DNA of 64,000 bases from Bilabrum cf. latius (lineage: Eukaryota), in the NCBI GenBank assembly GCA_965178125.1, contig OZ237738.1:248001-312000 (forward strand). The letters are read 5' to 3'. The notes under the pieces were generated by a model. That model saw only the letters and a list, made by a program, of their open reading frames with translations, ran no database searches and was not told the DNA's origin. Positions 62,801-64,000 of this stretch are shown one piece after another; positions within the stretch are counted from its first letter, which is position 1, and every line of letters begins with the position of its first letter. Made by a program: the position numbers and the translations under genes.

Positions 62801-64000
62801 CTGTGAGCTTCGCGCCCCCCGTCCTGAACTCAACCGTGATGACCGCGGACCTGCCAGGCAGTGGGGGAGGTACCTTCACCATCCGCGGTACTGGCTTCGG
62901 GCCGTTGGGTGCTGTCGGTCTCAACAACGCGCGCTCTGCCTTGCAGGTGGTGTATGCCCCTAGCTGGGACACGAGTGGGTACACGTACACTGGCCGGGGC
63001 TGCGCGGTGACTGTGGCCCACACTGAAGCAGAGTGCACCACGGGCGAGGGCTTCGGCGCCTCAAACTGGGTGATCCTTCAAGTGGCGGATGCAAGTGTGG
63101 AGGAGAGCCGCCGAAGCACCGATTCGCAGACGCTCCGGTCAACGACACTGGATGACGCCATCAGGTTTGCTGCCCCTGTGGTGACCGACCTGCAGACCCC
63201 GTCCCAGACCGGGGGCCAACTGAGCACGGCAGGCCGCCAGCTCATCTCGATCTAGGGTAGGAACCTCGGCCGCTTCAAGGCATTCGGAGATGAGACGGCC
63301 CAGTCCCAGCAGCCTGGTCTCTTCCCTGCAGCTGGGTCTGGGGACTGTCCTCGCGGGTGGTCTGCATGCTCTCATGTGTACTCGCAGGGTGTGGCCAGCG
63401 CGCTTGGCTCCACTGCGGGCATGTATCCGACCGAGTCTGACTCCATGGTGCCGCGGGTGTCAGCCGCAACCCCGCCGGGGAGTAGCTCCGATGGTGCGGT
63501 GGGCTAGCCGATGCACCCTGGCATCATCTCGGTGACCTATGGGTATTTGCCGAACGGGACCACCCTCGCCGAGGCTGAGTCCATGATCTCGCAGTACAAC
63601 ACCGACCGACGGTCTAGCGTGGACTCTGCCACTGCAGCAAAGATGACCGATATCTTGCCCCCCAGCCTCAGTGCCCCGCTCTCTCGATTTAGGCCCACCT
63701 GCCTTGTCCTGGTTGCCCACACCATGCTGCAGTGCGAGACTGTGCCCGGCTATGGTGCAGGCGTAGTGTTTGTCGTGCGTGTGGGAGGCTTGATTTCATT
63801 GGTGCAGGAGGAGTCGCCGTTCACCAGCTACATAACACCGAGCGTGTCTGGTGTCACTGGTGACGGGGCATTCAACGCTTCGACTCGCGGGTCGCAACTG
63901 GTGCTGATCTCAGGTGCACAGTTAGGGTCGCGCGACCTGCAGCCCGTGACCAGGGTCCGTTACGGTCCCTACGACCCGTCGAACTCGCCCGCCATGAGTC
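44833..64000 (+). CDS. Giant secreted/surface adhesin-like protein, 3' partial, >6,200 aa: Big_5-like Ig, multiple LamG-like domains, fibrinogen-like segment, Calx-beta, Cys-rich DUF4215-type repeat, ILEI/GG-like domain, roughly 9-10 cadherin repeats, IPT/TIG repeats
   Basis: Signal-like [14 protein letters not shown]. LamG motifs WTHVCVT...IYING...[39 protein letters not shown]...ISWAHGD. CGNG...[18 protein letters not shown]. Cadherin DxNExP, AxDxD and LDYE motifs. IPT motifs GTNLG and GTGFG. About 22 in-frame TAGs and 5 introns. The exact start is uncertain because an acceptor-like ...GTCCGCAG just upstream could indicate another exon. Confidence 0.88.
53596..53712 (+). other. Intron (117 nt) in the giant surface protein
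   Basis: GCC|GTAAGT ... TTTTTCCCGCAG|AGT; contains the TAA that ends ORF 53257..53643. Confidence 0.88.
54602..54676 (+). other. Intron (75 nt) in the giant surface protein
   Basis: A|GTGAGT ... CTTTTGTAG|CG, phase 1, restores the frame. Confidence 0.75.
54798..54883 (+). other. Intron (86 nt) in the giant surface protein
   Basis: AA|GTAAGC ... CCTTCTCGCAG|C, phase 2, explains the frame change into ORF 54849. Confidence 0.85.
56243..56347 (+). other. Intron (105 nt) in the giant surface protein
   Basis: TC|GTGAGT ... ATCTCGCAG|G, phase 2, joins to [10 protein letters not shown]. Confidence 0.82.
56599..56692 (+). other. Intron (94 nt) in the giant surface protein
   Basis: G|GTGAGA ... CCTTTGCAG|GC, phase 1, explains the frame change into GPYWQPRSG. 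Confidence 0.85.

Noticed and set aside
6976-63507. Tiny introns removing each TAG
   Set aside because: Motif spacing is exact with the TAG counted as one residue (WQCE*C, LL*CSH, G*TPL, WTD*ED), and most sites lack a GT donor. Real introns here are 75-172 nt with GTRAG donors.
1-64000. Region of pseudogenes, RIP-type mutation, or C-to-T sequencing damage
   Set aside because: Those processes would also create TAA (from CAA), TGA (from CGA/TGG) or frameshifts. Only TAG occurs, on both strands, in otherwise intact conserved genes.
44833-64000. Bacterial contaminant or recoded phage/giant virus origin of the adhesin-like gene
   Set aside because: It has spliceosomal introns and the same TAG usage as the flanking eukaryotic housekeeping genes, and there are no viral hallmark genes.
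1-64000. Suppressor tRNA(CUA), other RNA genes, CRISPR arrays, transposons
   Set aside because: None were recognisable by eye in the short non-coding spacers; tRNAscan-SE and Infernal would be needed to exclude them.

Overview
GC-rich, very gene-dense (about 95% coding by my gene models) eukaryotic nuclear DNA with short GT-AG introns. The protein style and gene content suggest a flagellated protist, possibly a bicosoecid or Cafeteria-like stramenopile (inference only). The main observation is a non-standard nuclear genetic code: TAG is a sense codon, most probably Gln, and TGA is the terminator. Reading TAG as sense merges the fragmented ORF track into 10 long genes: a Zn2Cys6 transcription factor (5' partial), TOP1, a ~5,600-aa ankyrin-repeat protein, RBM28/NOP4, a hypothetical protein, RNF32, a 3R-MYB, lysyl-tRNA synthetase, a multidomain GT32 glycosyltransferase, and a >6,200-aa LamG/cadherin/IPT surface protein (3' partial). 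By manual count there are about 95 in-frame TAGs and no in-frame TAA or TGA in about 20,000 codons. All 9 visible gene ends are TGA. UAG therefore appears decoupled from UAA (translation-table-15-like), which is rare in eukaryotes. No RNA genes, CRISPR arrays or mobile elements were recognised.
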